A DNA stretch of 43,245 bases from Comamonadaceae bacterium (lineage in GTDB: Bacteria > Pseudomonadota > Gammaproteobacteria > Burkholderiales > Burkholderiaceae_C), in contig CANCCE010000001.1 of the NCBI GenBank assembly GCA_947374505.1, forward strand, positions 1 through 43,245, given 5' to 3'. Below the pieces are notes generated by a model. The model did no database searches. It saw only the letters and a program-made list of their open reading frames with translations, and was not told where the DNA came from. Below, one piece after another: positions 17,799-27,667 of this stretch (position 1 is its first letter; every line of letters begins with the position of its first letter). A program made the translations under genes and the position numbers.

Positions 17799-18983
17799 TT
17801 AGCCTTTCAGGCCGGCCGCATTGCGCAGCAAAGCCGCCTTGTCGGTACGTTCCCAAGTGAACTCAGGTTCATCGCGACCAAAGTGGCCGTAAGCCGCCGT
17901 CTTCTCGTAGATCGGACGCAGCAGATCGAGCATCTGGATGATGCCTTTTGGGCGCAAGTCAAAGTGTTCGTTGACCAAGGCAGCTATTTTTTCATCCGAA
18001 ATAACGCCGGTGCCTTCGGTGTTCACCGTGATGTTCATCGGGCGCGCCACGCCAATCGCGTAAGCCACCTGAATCTGGCAGCGGGTGGCCAGACCCGACG
18101 CGACGATGTTTTTGGCGACGTAGCGTGCAGCGTAAGCGGCAGAGCGGTCAACCTTTGTGGGGTCTTTGCCGGAAAACGCGCCGCCGCCGTGCGGGCAGGC
18201 GCCACCGTAAGTGTCCACAATGATTTTGCGACCGGTCAGGCCGCAATCGCCCTGAGGACCGCCAATGACAAAACGACCGGTCGGGTTGACCAGGTATTTG
18301 GTGTCCTTGAGCCATTCTTTGGGTAGCACAGGCTTGATGATCTCTTCGATCACCGCTTCGATGAAGGCTGGTTTCATTTTGCTGCCGTCGCTCATCTCTG
18401 GGCTGTGCTGGCTTGACAACACGACGGTGTCGACGCTGTGGGGCTTCCCGTCGACGTAGCGCATGGTGACCTGGCTTTTGGCATCAGGTCGCAGGAAGGG
18501 TAGGCGGCCGTCTTTGCGCAACTGGGCTTGGCGTTCGACCAAGCGGTGTGCGTAATAAATCGGCGCGGGCATCAGTTCGGTGGTTTCGCTGCAAGCGAAG
18601 CCAAACATCAGGCCTTGGTCGCCTGCGCCGGTGTTCAGGTGGTCGTCGCTGGCGTGGTCGACGCCTTGGGCGATGTCGTTGCTTTGCTTGTCGTAGGCGA
18701 CCAGCACGGCGCAGCCTTTGTAGTCGCTACCGTACTCGGTGTTGTCGTAGCCAATGCGCTTGATGGTGTCGCGCGCGACTTGGATGTAGTCGACATGCGC
18801 GTTGGTGGTGATTTCACCCGCCAGCACCACGAGACCGGTGTTGGTCAGCGTTTCAGCCGCCACGCGGGACAGCGGGTCTTGCTTGAAAATCGCGTCGAGA
18901 ATAGCGTCTGAAATTTGGTCGGCAACCTTGTCGGGATGGCCCTCAGAGACGGATTCGGATGTGAAAAGATAATCGTTCGCCAT
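17799..18983 (-). CDS. metK: S-adenosylmethionine synthetase
   Basis: [40 protein letters not shown] 18983 with GGAG RBS. Confidence 0.99.
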   Translation of the reverse strand: MANDYLFTSESVSEGHPDKVADQISDAILDAIFKQDPLSRVAAETLTNTGLVVLAGEITTNAHVDYIQVARDTIKRIGYDNTEYGSDYKGCAVLVAYDKQSNDIAQGVDHASDDHLNTGAGDQGLMFGFACSETTELMPAPIYYAHRLVERQAQLRKDGRLPFLRPDAKSQVTMRYVDGKPHSVDTVVLSSQHSPEMSDGSKMKPAFIEAVIEEIIKPVLPKEWLKDTKYLVNPTGRFVIGGPQGDCGLTGRKIIVDTYGGACPHGGGAFSGKDPTKVDRSAAYAARYVAKNIVASGLATRCQIQVAYAIGVARPMNITVNTEGTGVISDEKIAALVNEHFDLRPKGIIQMLDLLRPIYEKTAAYGHFGRDEPEFTWERTDKAALLRNAAGLKG

Positions 18984-19040
18984 TGCGTACACTCCATTGG
19001 GTTAGTTGGCGCGTTGCCAGCTTGAGTGCCTCGGCGAACG

Positions 19041-19093
19041 CTTTAGCAGAGATGTTTAACGTCGCCCTGCAAGTTGTTCTGTAACTCGGCGAC
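19041..19093 (-). ncRNA. Candidate SAM-II/SAM-V-clan riboswitch in the metK 5' UTR
   Basis: RNA GUCGCC-GAGUUACAGAACAAC-UUGCAG-GGCGAC-GUUAAACAUCU-CUGCUAAAG: P1 is GUCGCC/GGCGAC, loop GCAG can pseudoknot with CUGC, and it ends in GCUAAA as SAM-II does. It sits directly behind a TATACT -10 box. Confidence 0.6.
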
Positions 19094-19099
19094 CTGATA

Positions 19100-19105
19100 A
19101 GTATA
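19100..19105 (-). promoter_or_regulatory. Putative sigma70 -10 element of the metK promoter
   Basis: TATACT on the minus strand, 6-7 nt upstream of the riboswitch-like P1 stem. Confidence 0.5.
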
Positions 19106-19122
19106 AAGATAAAGCGGCCCTG

Positions 19123-20043
19123 ATGTTTTTGTTGTTTCGTTTCTTCTCCCATTGGCCTTTGCGCATATTGCATGCCTTGGGCGCCGCCATGGGTTGGGCC
19201 GTGTGGTGGTTGAGCCCGCGTTACCGTGCCACTTTTCGGGCCAATGTGGCGCAAGCTGGCCTGCCTTTTGAGGCGGCCAGACCGGCCATTGCTGAAGCCG
19301 GCCGCTTTGTTGCAGAACTGCCTAAACTCTGGATGCGTCCGCACGATCAATCTTGTTTGGCGTTGGTGCTGGTCAGCGGTCAAGCGCATGCCGAAGCTGC
19401 TTTTGCGGAGGGCCATGGCGTGATATTTTTCGCACCGCACGCGGGCAGTTTCGAGTTGGCGCCGCAAGCGCTGGCCGAGCTCTATGGGCCGGTGACGGCC
19501 ATGTACCGGCCAGCCCGGCAAGCTTGGTTGGCGCGCCTGATGCAGTCCAGCCGGCTTCGGCCGGGTCTGCTGGCCGTGCCCGCTAATTTGAGCGGAATCC
19601 GGCAAATGCACCGTGCCCTCAAGGGCAACGGCGCAGTGGCTCTGTTGACTGACCAAGTGCCGCCTGAAGGGCTGGGTGCGTGGTCTTCATTTTTTGGCAA
19701 ACCTGCTTACACCATGACCTTGGCAGCGCGTTTGGCGTTGCAAAGTGGCGCGGTCATGTTGCCGGTGCGCACCTTGCGCTTGCCGCGCGGCCAAGGCTAT
19801 TCGCTGGAGATTTTGCCGCCGATGGCTGGCCTGGACACCTCGCCACCGCCTGACTTGCAGCAGGCGGTGAGATTGGTGAATCAAGCCATCGAGGAACTGG
19901 TCTTGAGCCAGCCGGGTCAGTATTTGTGGGGCTATGCGCGCTACAAAAAACCGCGGCGTGAAACCTCCATGCCTGCGCCGAATCAGGCCACACCGGACAC
20001 ACCTGCCGGTGACAATGGCCAGGTAGAAAAAAATAATAAATGA
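19123..20043 (+). CDS. Lipid A biosynthesis acyltransferase (LpxL/HtrB family)
   Basis: PHAGSFE, MYRP, LLTDQVP, FFGKPAYT, PGQYLWGYARYK. Confidence 0.9.
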   Translation: MFLLFRFFSHWPLRILHALGAAMGWAVWWLSPRYRATFRANVAQAGLPFEAARPAIAEAGRFVAELPKLWMRPHDQSCLALVLVSGQAHAEAAFAEGHGVIFFAPHAGSFELAPQALAELYGPVTAMYRPARQAWLARLMQSSRLRPGLLAVPANLSGIRQMHRALKGNGAVALLTDQVPPEGLGAWSSFFGKPAYTMTLAARLALQSGAVMLPVRTLRLPRGQGYSLEILPPMAGLDTSPPPDLQQAVRLVNQAIEELVLSQPGQYLWGYARYKKPRRETSMPAPNQATPDTPAGDNGQVEKNNK

Positions 20044-20939
20044 GTATGAACGTCGGACTATTTCTCAGCACCCTCGTCACCCGTGCCGGCATTGCCTTCA
20101 TGCGTGTACTTGCCCATTTTCCGTTGCCTGTTTTGCGAGCGATGGGGGCTGGGCTGGGCTGGTTGCTGTACTGGGTGGTGGTGTCACGTCGGCGTGTAGT
20201 GCTGACCAATTTGGCGCTGTGTTTTTCTGAGCTCAGCGACGCTGAGCGCAATACCTTGGCGCGGCAATCCTTTGTTTATTTTGCGCAGACATTTCTAGAC
20301 CGCAGCTGGCTCTGGCACGGTCGCCCGGACGTGTTGGCCAAGCGACTGCATTTGCACGGCGCAGTGTATGAGTTCGATGGCCATGCGCCGACGATTGTCT
20401 TCAGCCCGCACTTTTACGGTCTGGACGCCGGCGCCACCGCCATCAACATGAACATTGACCGCGATTTCACGTCAATCTATTCGGAGCAGAGCAATCCGCT
20501 ACTGGACCAGTGGATCAAGACCGGACGCCTGCGTTTTGGCCGGGTCAGGTTGTTTTTGCGCAACGAGGGTGTCAAGGCCAATGTCAGCGCCTTGCGTTCA
20601 GGCGAGGTGCTGTATTTGTTGCCTGACATGGACTTCAGCTTTGAGGGCACGGTGTTCGTGCCCTTCTTTGGCGTGCCGACAGCCACGGTGCCATCGATTC
20701 CGCGCTTTGCACGGCTTGGTCGCGCCAAAGTGATTTCAGTCGTGCCGCGGCTCACGCCCGAGGGTTATGACGTCGAGGTGATGCCGGCTTGGGAGAACTA
20801 TCCTACTGGCGATATTGAGGCTGACACAGCTTTGGTGAACCAACACTTGGAGCGCTTCATCAAGACCATGCCAGCCCAATATTATTGGGTGCACAAGCGT
20901 TTCAAAACCCGGCCTGAAGGCTCGCCTTCAGTTTACTGA
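20040..20939 (+). CDS. Lipid A biosynthesis lauroyl acyltransferase (LpxL/HtrB family)
   Basis: PHFYGLD, LLPDMDF, FVPFFG, PAQYYWVHKRFKTRP. Confidence 0.92.
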   Translation: MSMNVGLFLSTLVTRAGIAFMRVLAHFPLPVLRAMGAGLGWLLYWVVVSRRRVVLTNLALCFSELSDAERNTLARQSFVYFAQTFLDRSWLWHGRPDVLAKRLHLHGAVYEFDGHAPTIVFSPHFYGLDAGATAINMNIDRDFTSIYSEQSNPLLDQWIKTGRLRFGRVRLFLRNEGVKANVSALRSGEVLYLLPDMDFSFEGTVFVPFFGVPTATVPSIPRFARLGRAKVISVVPRLTPEGYDVEVMPAWENYPTGDIEADTALVNQHLERFIKTMPAQYYWVHKRFKTRPEGSPSVY

Positions 20940-20955
20940 TCGATTGATCGAAGTG

Positions 20956-21687
20956 TTACAGAGCTGGCTGCTCGGGCTCTGGCTTGACGGCCTTGCTTGG
21001 TGCATTTAGATTCGGCAGGCCTTCGGGATGGGCCCAGTTCCACAAGTGGAGAGCGACCTCATCGACGCCTTTGCGTTTGAGGGCCGAGAAGAGCTTCACA
21101 TCGCCGCCGCCCGCTTGCAATTTCACAATCGACAGCACCTTGGCGGCTTCGGTTTTGTTGAGCTTGTCGGATTTGGTCAGCAGCACTAAAAACTTCAGGC
21201 CTTCAGCCACGCGGGGTCGTACCACGTCAAGCAAGACCTCATCCAACTCCGTTAAGCCGAGTCGGGGGTCGCACAGCAACACAATGCCGGTGAGGTTGCG
21301 GCGGGTTTGCAAATAGTTGGCCATCACTTGTTGCCAGCGGTACTTGGCCGCTTTGGGCACGGCCGCATAGCCGTACCCCGGCAAGTCGGCCAGCACGGCA
21401 TCGGTGATGCCTTGCTTGCCCAGCGAAAAAAGGTTGATGCTCTGCGTGCGGCCCGGTGTTTTGGAGGCAAATGCCAGCCGGTGCTGCTGCGTCAAGGTGT
21501 TGATGCAGGTGGATTTTCCGGCATTGGAGCGGCCGACAAAGGCGATTTCAGGAAAGTCAAGTGCCGGTAAATGGTGCAACTCAGGTGCTGTGGTCAAGAA
21601 TTTAGCCGTGTGCATCCAACCCATGGCGATTTTTTCAAAATCGATGGGCAGACCCGCGGTGGGGGAAGAAGCAGCGGGGGAGGTCAT
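20956..21687 (-). CDS. engB: Ribosome biogenesis GTP-binding protein EngB/YihA/YsxC
   Basis: EIAFVGRSNAGKS, SKTPGRTQ, DLPGYGYA, LTKSDKL. Start uncertain. Confidence 0.96.
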   Translation of the reverse strand: MTSPAASSPTAGLPIDFEKIAMGWMHTAKFLTTAPELHHLPALDFPEIAFVGRSNAGKSTCINTLTQQHRLAFASKTPGRTQSINLFSLGKQGITDAVLADLPGYGYAAVPKAAKYRWQQVMANYLQTRRNLTGIVLLCDPRLGLTELDEVLLDVVRPRVAEGLKFLVLLTKSDKLNKTEAAKVLSIVKLQAGGGDVKLFSALKRKGVDEVALHLWNWAHPEGLPNLNAPSKAVKPEPEQPAL

Positions 21688-21886
21688 AGGCAAATTTCGG
21701 TGAAGGGCTGTTGGGTGGCTGAAGCCTCAAATGACTCGGTCACATCGACTGAAATAGTCTGCTGAGGTGTCTGAAAGATCAGAGTTTCAGCGTTGCCCGG
21801 ATCGACTGCCCGGTTCGGCGGGGCGAAGCCATTGTAAAATCAGAAGCTGTCAGTTTTGTTGTGCCCCCTAATTAAAACGCCCCGAT

Positions 21887-22522
21887 ATGAAGCTCCTCGC
21901 TACTTATGTCCTCGCCGCCCTGTTGGTCGTGCCTGCTGTTTCGTCCTTTGCTGCAGAGGGTTCCACCCCGGCCGCAGTGACCAAACCCGATCTCGTCGCC
22001 GGTGAAGCCAAGTTCACTGCCATGTGCGTGGCCTGTCACGCCGCCGACGGCAATTCAGGCGTGCCGGCCTATCCCAAGCTGTCCCAGCAACACCCGGAAT
22101 ACTTGGTCAAGCAGCTGCGTGACTACAAGAGTGGCGCCCGTAAAAACGCCATCATGCAAGGTTTTGCCTCGCAGCTCAGCGGCGATGACATGAAAAACAT
22201 CGCATTCTGGTTGGCCGAGAAGAAGATCAAGCCCGGCTTTGCCAAAGAAAAAGATCTGGTGGTCCTCGGCGAGCGTATTTACCGCGGCGGCGTGTCTGAT
22301 CGCCAGATCGCTGCTTGCGCCGGTTGCCACAACCCCACCGGTGCTGGCAATCCCGCCCAGTACCCGCGTCTGGGTGGCCAGCATGCAGACTACACGGCAG
22401 CTCAATTGACTGCATTCCGTGACGGCGTGCGTACCAGCAGCTTGCCCATGACCCAAGTGGCTGCCAAGCTCAATGACCGTGAAATTCGTGCTGTGGCTGA
22501 CTACATTGCCGGTCTGCGTTAA
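21887..22522 (+). CDS. Dihaem cytochrome c4
   Basis: Signal peptide, two CxxCH motifs (CVACH, CAGCH), YPKLSQQHPEYL and YPRLGGQHADY. Confidence 0.95.
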   Translation: MKLLATYVLAALLVVPAVSSFAAEGSTPAAVTKPDLVAGEAKFTAMCVACHAADGNSGVPAYPKLSQQHPEYLVKQLRDYKSGARKNAIMQGFASQLSGDDMKNIAFWLAEKKIKPGFAKEKDLVVLGERIYRGGVSDRQIAACAGCHNPTGAGNPAQYPRLGGQHADYTAAQLTAFRDGVRTSSLPMTQVAAKLNDREIRAVADYIAGLR

Positions 22523-22587
22523 ATCGCCGATTTTTCGGCGAGCTTCCTTTTTCCATGGAACCCTGAGCTGAAAAAACAGTCACAAGC

Positions 22588-22621
22588 AGGCGGGTCTTTC
22601 TCAGAAAGGCCCGCCTTTTTT
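22588..22621 (+). terminator. Rho-independent terminator after cytochrome c4
   Basis: AGGCGGGTCTTTC-TCA-GAAAGGCCCGCCT followed by a T-run. A second small hairpin TCGCCGA-TTTT-TCGGCGA lies at 22524-22541. Confidence 0.8.
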
Positions 22622-22691
22622 ATCGACGCTTCGTTTTTCATACGATCTGTCTCTTGTTCATTGGTTTTCATCGTTTTAACTTTTCATCGGC

Positions 22692-24884
22692 ATGACAGTT
22701 TCCACCCAAGGCATTGAGCTTGACTCCGGTTCCCGCATATGGCGCAGCTTGGTCGAACTGCTGTCGTCGATGCGCTTTTCGATTTCTCTGCTGACGGTTA
22801 TCTGCATCGCCTCAGTCATTGGTACCGTGCTCAAACAGCAAGAGCCTCTGAGCAATTACGTCAACCAGTTCGGTCCTTTTTGGGCGCAGGTGTTCAGCCT
22901 GGTGAGCCTCAACACGGTTTACAGCGCTTGGTGGTTTTTGCTCATCCTGACTTTTTTGGTCATCAGCACCAGCTTGTGCATCAGCCGTAACGCACCCAAG
23001 ATTTTTTCAGAGCTGAACCAGTTCAAGGAAGATCTCCGCGAACAAAGCCTGAAGGCTTTTGGGCACCGCGCTGAAAACACTTTGGCTGAAGCCCCGGAAG
23101 CGGCAGCAAGGCGCATCGGCCAGACGTTGGTGCAAGGCGGCTGGCGCGTCAAACTTCAACAGCGAGACACCGGTTGGATGGTGGCGGCTAAAAAAGGCTC
23201 TCTCAACAAGCTTGGTTACATCGCTGCGCACAGCGCCATCGTGCTGGTTTGCATCGGCGGGCTGCTCGACGGCGACTTGATGGTGCGCGCACAAATGTGG
23301 TTCAGCGACAAGGTGGTTTTCTCTGGCGGCGGACTGATCGCTGACGTACCGCAACAGCACCGCTTGAGCGTGTCGAACCCGACCTTTCGCGGCAACTTGC
23401 TGGTGGCTGAAGGAACGCAGTCGAGTGTGGCGCTGCTGAACCAGCCCGGCGGCGTGCTATTGCAAGAATTACCTTTTTCGATTGAGCTGAAAAAGTTCAT
23501 TGTCGAGTACTACTCCACCGGCATGCCCAAGCTGTTCGCCAGCGACATCGTGATCCACGACAAGGAAACAGGAGAGCAAATTCCAACACGGGTCGAGGTG
23601 AATCACCCGGCCAATCACAAGGGTGTCGAGATTTACCAGTCGAGCTTTGATGATGGCGGCTCCAGCGTGACCCTCAAGGCCATTCCGATGAATGCGGCCA
23701 CCAAGCCCTTCGACATTCAGGGCACGATTGGCAGCTCCAGCAACCTCAGCAACGGGCCTGACAAACTCACGTTGGAATACACGGCGCTGCGCGTCATCAA
23801 CGTTGAGAATTTTGGTAATGCCGGGCGTCAAGTGGGTGATTCAGGTTCTGGCGTCGATGTGCGCAAAGTTGATTTACGCCAAGCCATCGACAGCCGGCTG
23901 GGTGCTGCGAACAAGACGCGCACCAACAAAGAGTTGCGCAATGTGGGGCCTAGCGTCAGCTACAAGTTGCGTGACGGAGCCGGTCAAGCACGTGAATACC
24001 AAAATTACATGTTGCCGGTGCGCATGGATGACAACCCCGACAGCACCGCGGTGTTTTTACTGGGCGTGCGCGAAACACCGATCGATCCATTTCAGTACCT
24101 GCGCGTTCCTGCCGATCAGGAAGGCAGCATGAACACCTTCTTGGCCACCCGTGCGGCGCTGGCCGATGGGCGACAGCGTGATGAAGCGGTCAGGCGTTAT
24201 GTGCGCCAGGCGATCGCTGCTGGCCGCCCGGACTTGGCCGCCCAACTGACGGCTTCGGCCTCGCGTGCGCTGGGGCTGTTTGCTGGCGCTGAATCAATCG
24301 CCCCGCGCACCGGCCCAACGGCGGCCGCCGCAGCCCAAACTGGCAAGCCAGTGGCGGGTCTGCAGGCCATCTCGGATTTCATGGAAATCAACGTGCCTGA
24401 AGCCGAGCGCAGTCGGGCAGGCGAGGTGCTGGTGCGAATCCTCAACGGGGTGCTGTTTGAATTGGTCGTCATGACGCGCGAACAAGCCAATCTGCCGCCT
24501 TTGGCGCGCGACGAGAAAACACAAAACTTCATGGCCCAAGCGGTGTTGAGTTTGAGCGATGCACACCACTATCCGGCACCCATGACGTTTGCGCTGAAGG
24601 ACTTCACGCAGGTGCAGGCCAGCGTTTTTCAGGTGGCCCGTGCACCCGGTAAAAAAATTGTTTACCTAGGGTGCGCTTTTCTGATCGTCGGTATTTTTGC
24701 CATGCTCTATGTGCGTGAACGGCGGGTCTGGGTCTGGTTGTCGCCACGCCCGGACACGATGGACGATGACAACACAGCCAGCGTCAGTCATGCCACCATG
24801 GCGCTGTCGGCCAACCGCAAGACGATGGACGGCGACCAGGAATTTGAAATGTTGAAAACCCGACTCTTACAGGTGTCCCCATGA
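22692..24884 (+). CDS. resB: Cytochrome c biogenesis protein ResB (system II)
   Basis: LLSSMRFSISLL..ICIASVIGT, GYIAAH, VEVNHP, YQSSF, C-terminal PGKKIVYLG..RERRVW. Confidence 0.94.
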   Translation: MTVSTQGIELDSGSRIWRSLVELLSSMRFSISLLTVICIASVIGTVLKQQEPLSNYVNQFGPFWAQVFSLVSLNTVYSAWWFLLILTFLVISTSLCISRNAPKIFSELNQFKEDLREQSLKAFGHRAENTLAEAPEAAARRIGQTLVQGGWRVKLQQRDTGWMVAAKKGSLNKLGYIAAHSAIVLVCIGGLLDGDLMVRAQMWFSDKVVFSGGGLIADVPQQHRLSVSNPTFRGNLLVAEGTQSSVALLNQPGGVLLQELPFSIELKKFIVEYYSTGMPKLFASDIVIHDKETGEQIPTRVEVNHPANHKGVEIYQSSFDDGGSSVTLKAIPMNAATKPFDIQGTIGSSSNLSNGPDKLTLEYTALRVINVENFGNAGRQVGDSGSGVDVRKVDLRQAIDSRLGAANKTRTNKELRNVGPSVSYKLRDGAGQAREYQNYMLPVRMDDNPDSTAVFLLGVRETPIDPFQYLRVPADQEGSMNTFLATRAALADGRQRDEAVRRYVRQAIAAGRPDLAAQLTASASRALGLFAGAESIAPRTGPTAAAAAQTGKPVAGLQAISDFMEINVPEAERSRAGEVLVRILNGVLFELVVMTREQANLPPLARDEKTQNFMAQAVLSLSDAHHYPAPMTFALKDFTQVQASVFQVARAPGKKIVYLGCAFLIVGIFAMLYVRERRVWVWLSPRPDTMDDDNTASVSHATMALSANRKTMDGDQEFEMLKTRLLQVSP

Positions 24885-26239
24885 AAACCACCACGCTCAA
24901 GCGCAGCGGCGCCGATGACGGCTTCATCTTGAATGAAGGTTATTTCGCGCGTCGCAATTGGCTCGACTGGCTGTTCGCCGCACTTGTAGTGTGTGGCGGG
25001 CTGTTCGCATTTTTCCGCTATCAAGCCCACATGGACGTGTACGAAAAAGGGATCTTGCTGGGTGTTATTCCCGCAGCCATTGCCATGGGTTGGTTCTGGC
25101 GTCCACTGCGCGCCTTGATGTTGGTGGTGACGGTCGGCTCGCTGCTCGGCATCGTCTCGTATCAAGGCGAGCTGGCGCGTGCAGAGCAGGTTTTTTGGCT
25201 GAAGTATTTCCTCTCCAGCCAATCCGCTATTTTGTGGATGAGCGTGCTGTTTTTCATGGGCACTATTTTTTACTGGCTCGGCATGGTGGCGAGTCGCGGT
25301 GAAGGCGGCAACAGCGCCGCTTTCGAGTCGATGGGCTCCAAAATTGTCTGGGTCGCCATCGGTATGGCCTTGATTGGCACGATGGTGCGCTGGTATGAGG
25401 GCTATCTGATCGGGCCAGACATCGGCCATATCCCGGTCAGTAATTTGTATGAAGTGTTCGTCTTGTTTTCTTGGATGACGGCCGCCTTTTACATGTACTT
25501 TGAAGCCCAATACAAGACCCGCGCTCTGGGTGCTTTTGTGATGTTGGTGGTGAGTGCCGCAGTCGGTTTTCTGCTCTGGTACACAGTTGTCCGCGAAGCC
25601 CACGAAATTCAGCCGCTGGTGCCCGCTTTAAAAAGCTGGTGGATGAAACTGCATGTGCCCGCTAACTTCATTGGCTACGGCATGTTTGCGTTGGCCGCGA
25701 TGGTCGCGCTGGCCTACCTGATCAAGCAGCAAGCCACAGAAAAGCGCTGGTACAAACTGACGCCGTTGTGGATGCTTGGTGTGGTGATCTGCTTTGTGCC
25801 GATTGTTTTTCGCAAGTCGGCAGCGGATGTCGGTGGCGGCAATTACTGGCTCGGTTACCTGTTTGTGTCAGGCTTGATTTCAGCCGGCATTTTGCTGGGT
25901 CGCCAGCGACTTGCCGAGCGGCTGCCCAGCTTTGAACTGCTCGACGACGTGATGTACAAAGCCATCGCTGTTGGTTTTGCCTTCTTCACCATCGCCACGG
26001 TGCTGGGCGCGTTGTGGGCCGCGGAAGCTTGGGGCGGCTATTGGAGCTGGGACCCGAAAGAAACCTGGGCCCTGATCGTTTGGCTCAACTACGCGGCTTG
26101 GTTGCACATGCGCCTCATGAAGGGCTTGCGCGGCACTGTGGCGGCTTGGTGGGCACTGGTCGGGCTGGCTGTGACCTCTTTCGCCTTCCTGGGCGTCAAT
26201 ATGTTTTTGTCGGGATTGCACAGCTACGGCGAACTGTGA
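24881..26239 (+). CDS. ccsB: Cytochrome c biogenesis haem-handling protein (ResC/CcsA, also annotated CcsB)
   Basis: HIPVSNLYE, LVPALKSWWMKLHV, WWD motif WAAEAWGGYWSWDPKETW, GLHSYG. Confidence 0.95.
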   Translation: MKTTTLKRSGADDGFILNEGYFARRNWLDWLFAALVVCGGLFAFFRYQAHMDVYEKGILLGVIPAAIAMGWFWRPLRALMLVVTVGSLLGIVSYQGELARAEQVFWLKYFLSSQSAILWMSVLFFMGTIFYWLGMVASRGEGGNSAAFESMGSKIVWVAIGMALIGTMVRWYEGYLIGPDIGHIPVSNLYEVFVLFSWMTAAFYMYFEAQYKTRALGAFVMLVVSAAVGFLLWYTVVREAHEIQPLVPALKSWWMKLHVPANFIGYGMFALAAMVALAYLIKQQATEKRWYKLTPLWMLGVVICFVPIVFRKSAADVGGGNYWLGYLFVSGLISAGILLGRQRLAERLPSFELLDDVMYKAIAVGFAFFTIATVLGALWAAEAWGGYWSWDPKETWALIVWLNYAAWLHMRLMKGLRGTVAAWWALVGLAVTSFAFLGVNMFLSGLHSYGEL

Positions 26240-26287
26240 CGTCGAGAGGGTGGCTGATGCCGACCTGTTTTGTGAATTGAATCAACC

Positions 26288-27364
26288 ATGACCATTCTCA
26301 TCACCGGCGGTGCCGGCTTCATTGGCGGCAACTTTGTGCTCGACTGGCTGGCCCAGTCGGACGAGCCGGTCATCAACCTCGACAAACTCACCTACGCCGG
26401 TAACCCGGAAACCCTGGTCAGCCTGCAGGGCGATGCCCGCCACACCTTGGTGCAGGGCGACATCGCCGACAGCGCCTTGGTCGCCAGCCTGTTGGCGCAG
26501 CACCAGCCGCGCGCGGTGCTCAACTTTGCGGCTGAGTCGCATGTCGACCGTTCTATTCATGGGCCTGAAGACTTTATCCAGACCAATATCGTCGGCACTT
26601 TTCGCTTGCTTGAGTCTGTGCGGGCCTATTGGACTGAGCTGCCCGCAGACGCCAAGGCCGCGTTTCGCTTTTTGCATGTGTCGACCGATGAGGTGTATGG
26701 TTCTTTGAGCAAAGACGCACCGGCCTTCACCGAAGAGCACCGCTACGAGCCCAACAGCCCTTACAGCGCCAGCAAAGCCGCCAGCGACCATTTGGTGCGC
26801 TCCTGGCACCACACCTATGGCCTGCCGGTGCTCACCACCAACTGTTCTAACAACTACGGGCCGTATCACTTCCCTGAAAAGCTGATCCCGCTGATGATCG
26901 TCAACGCGCTGGCGGGCAAGGCCCTGCCGGTGTACGGCGACGGCATGCAGGTGCGTGACTGGCTATACGTCAAAGACCACTGCAGCGCCATCCGTGAGGT
27001 GCTGGCGCGCGGCCGCTTGGGTGAGGTTTACAACGTCGGTGGCTGGAACGAAAAGCCCAACATCGACATCGTCAACACCGTCTGCAGCCTGTTGGATGAA
27101 ATGCGCCCCAAGGCCGACGGCCACAGCTACAGCACACAAATCACCTACGTCAAAGACCGGCCCGGCCACGACCGCCGCTACGCCATAGACGCCAGCAAGC
27201 TCCAGCGCGAACTCGGCTGGAAGCCAGCCGAAACCTTCGAGACCGGCATTCAAAAAACCATCGCCTGGTATCTGGATAACCCTGACTGGGTCGCCCACGT
27301 GCAAAGCGGCGCCTATCGGCAGTGGGTGCAAACGCAGTACGCCGGCAGTTCGAATTCCGTGTAA
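26288..27364 (+). CDS. rfbB: dTDP-glucose 4,6-dehydratase
   Basis: [51 protein letters not shown]. Confidence 0.98.
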   Translation: MTILITGGAGFIGGNFVLDWLAQSDEPVINLDKLTYAGNPETLVSLQGDARHTLVQGDIADSALVASLLAQHQPRAVLNFAAESHVDRSIHGPEDFIQTNIVGTFRLLESVRAYWTELPADAKAAFRFLHVSTDEVYGSLSKDAPAFTEEHRYEPNSPYSASKAASDHLVRSWHHTYGLPVLTTNCSNNYGPYHFPEKLIPLMIVNALAGKALPVYGDGMQVRDWLYVKDHCSAIREVLARGRLGEVYNVGGWNEKPNIDIVNTVCSLLDEMRPKADGHSYSTQITYVKDRPGHDRRYAIDASKLQRELGWKPAETFETGIQKTIAWYLDNPDWVAHVQSGAYRQWVQTQYAGSSNSV

Positions 27365-27384
27365 TATGACGTTGTGTTATTACA
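27360..27384. promoter_or_regulatory. Putative VapBC autoregulatory operator
   Basis: Inverted repeat TGTAATA-N11-TATTACA in an AT-rich patch 13 bp before vapB. Confidence 0.5.
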
Positions 27385-27397
27385 TTGAGAGTCGTAA

Positions 27398-27652
27398 ATG
27401 TCCATCACAGCCAAACTTTTCATGAGCGGACGAAGCCAAGCCATCCGGCTACCGGCTAAATTGCGCCTGGATGCCAAAGAAGTTCGTATTGAGCAGGTTG
27501 GCAATGCCCTTTGGGTGCAGCCCGAGCCGACGGGCAGCCCGCAGACGATGGCTGAATGGTTGACGGATTTTTACGCCACCACCGAAGCCTTGCCAGAGGC
27601 CTTTCTGGCGGATCGCAACGACAGTCCGCCGCAAACGCGTGACTGGTCTTGA
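27398..27652 (+). CDS. vapB: VapB/VagC antitoxin (AbrB/MazE-type DNA-binding domain)
   Basis: TAKLFMSGRSQAIRLPAKLR N-terminus, PPQTRDW C-terminus, directly upstream of a PIN gene. Confidence 0.92.
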   Translation: MSITAKLFMSGRSQAIRLPAKLRLDAKEVRIEQVGNALWVQPEPTGSPQTMAEWLTDFYATTEALPEAFLADRNDSPPQTRDWS

Positions 27653-27667
27653 GTTCAGTCATCAGCC

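Noticed and set aside
18720-18740. MetK reads YGSDYKGC where YGIDYKGC is more familiar
   Set aside because: A single substitution outside the catalytic motifs; it cannot be told apart from polymorphism or sequencing error.
19123-26239. Tandem lipid A acyltransferases and the engB/cytochrome c4/resB/ccs block as a novel system
   Set aside because: This is the ordinary conserved betaproteobacterial arrangement.
26240-26287. JUMPstart/ops element before rfbB
   Set aside because: No GGCGGTAG ops-like sequence in the 48-bp gap.
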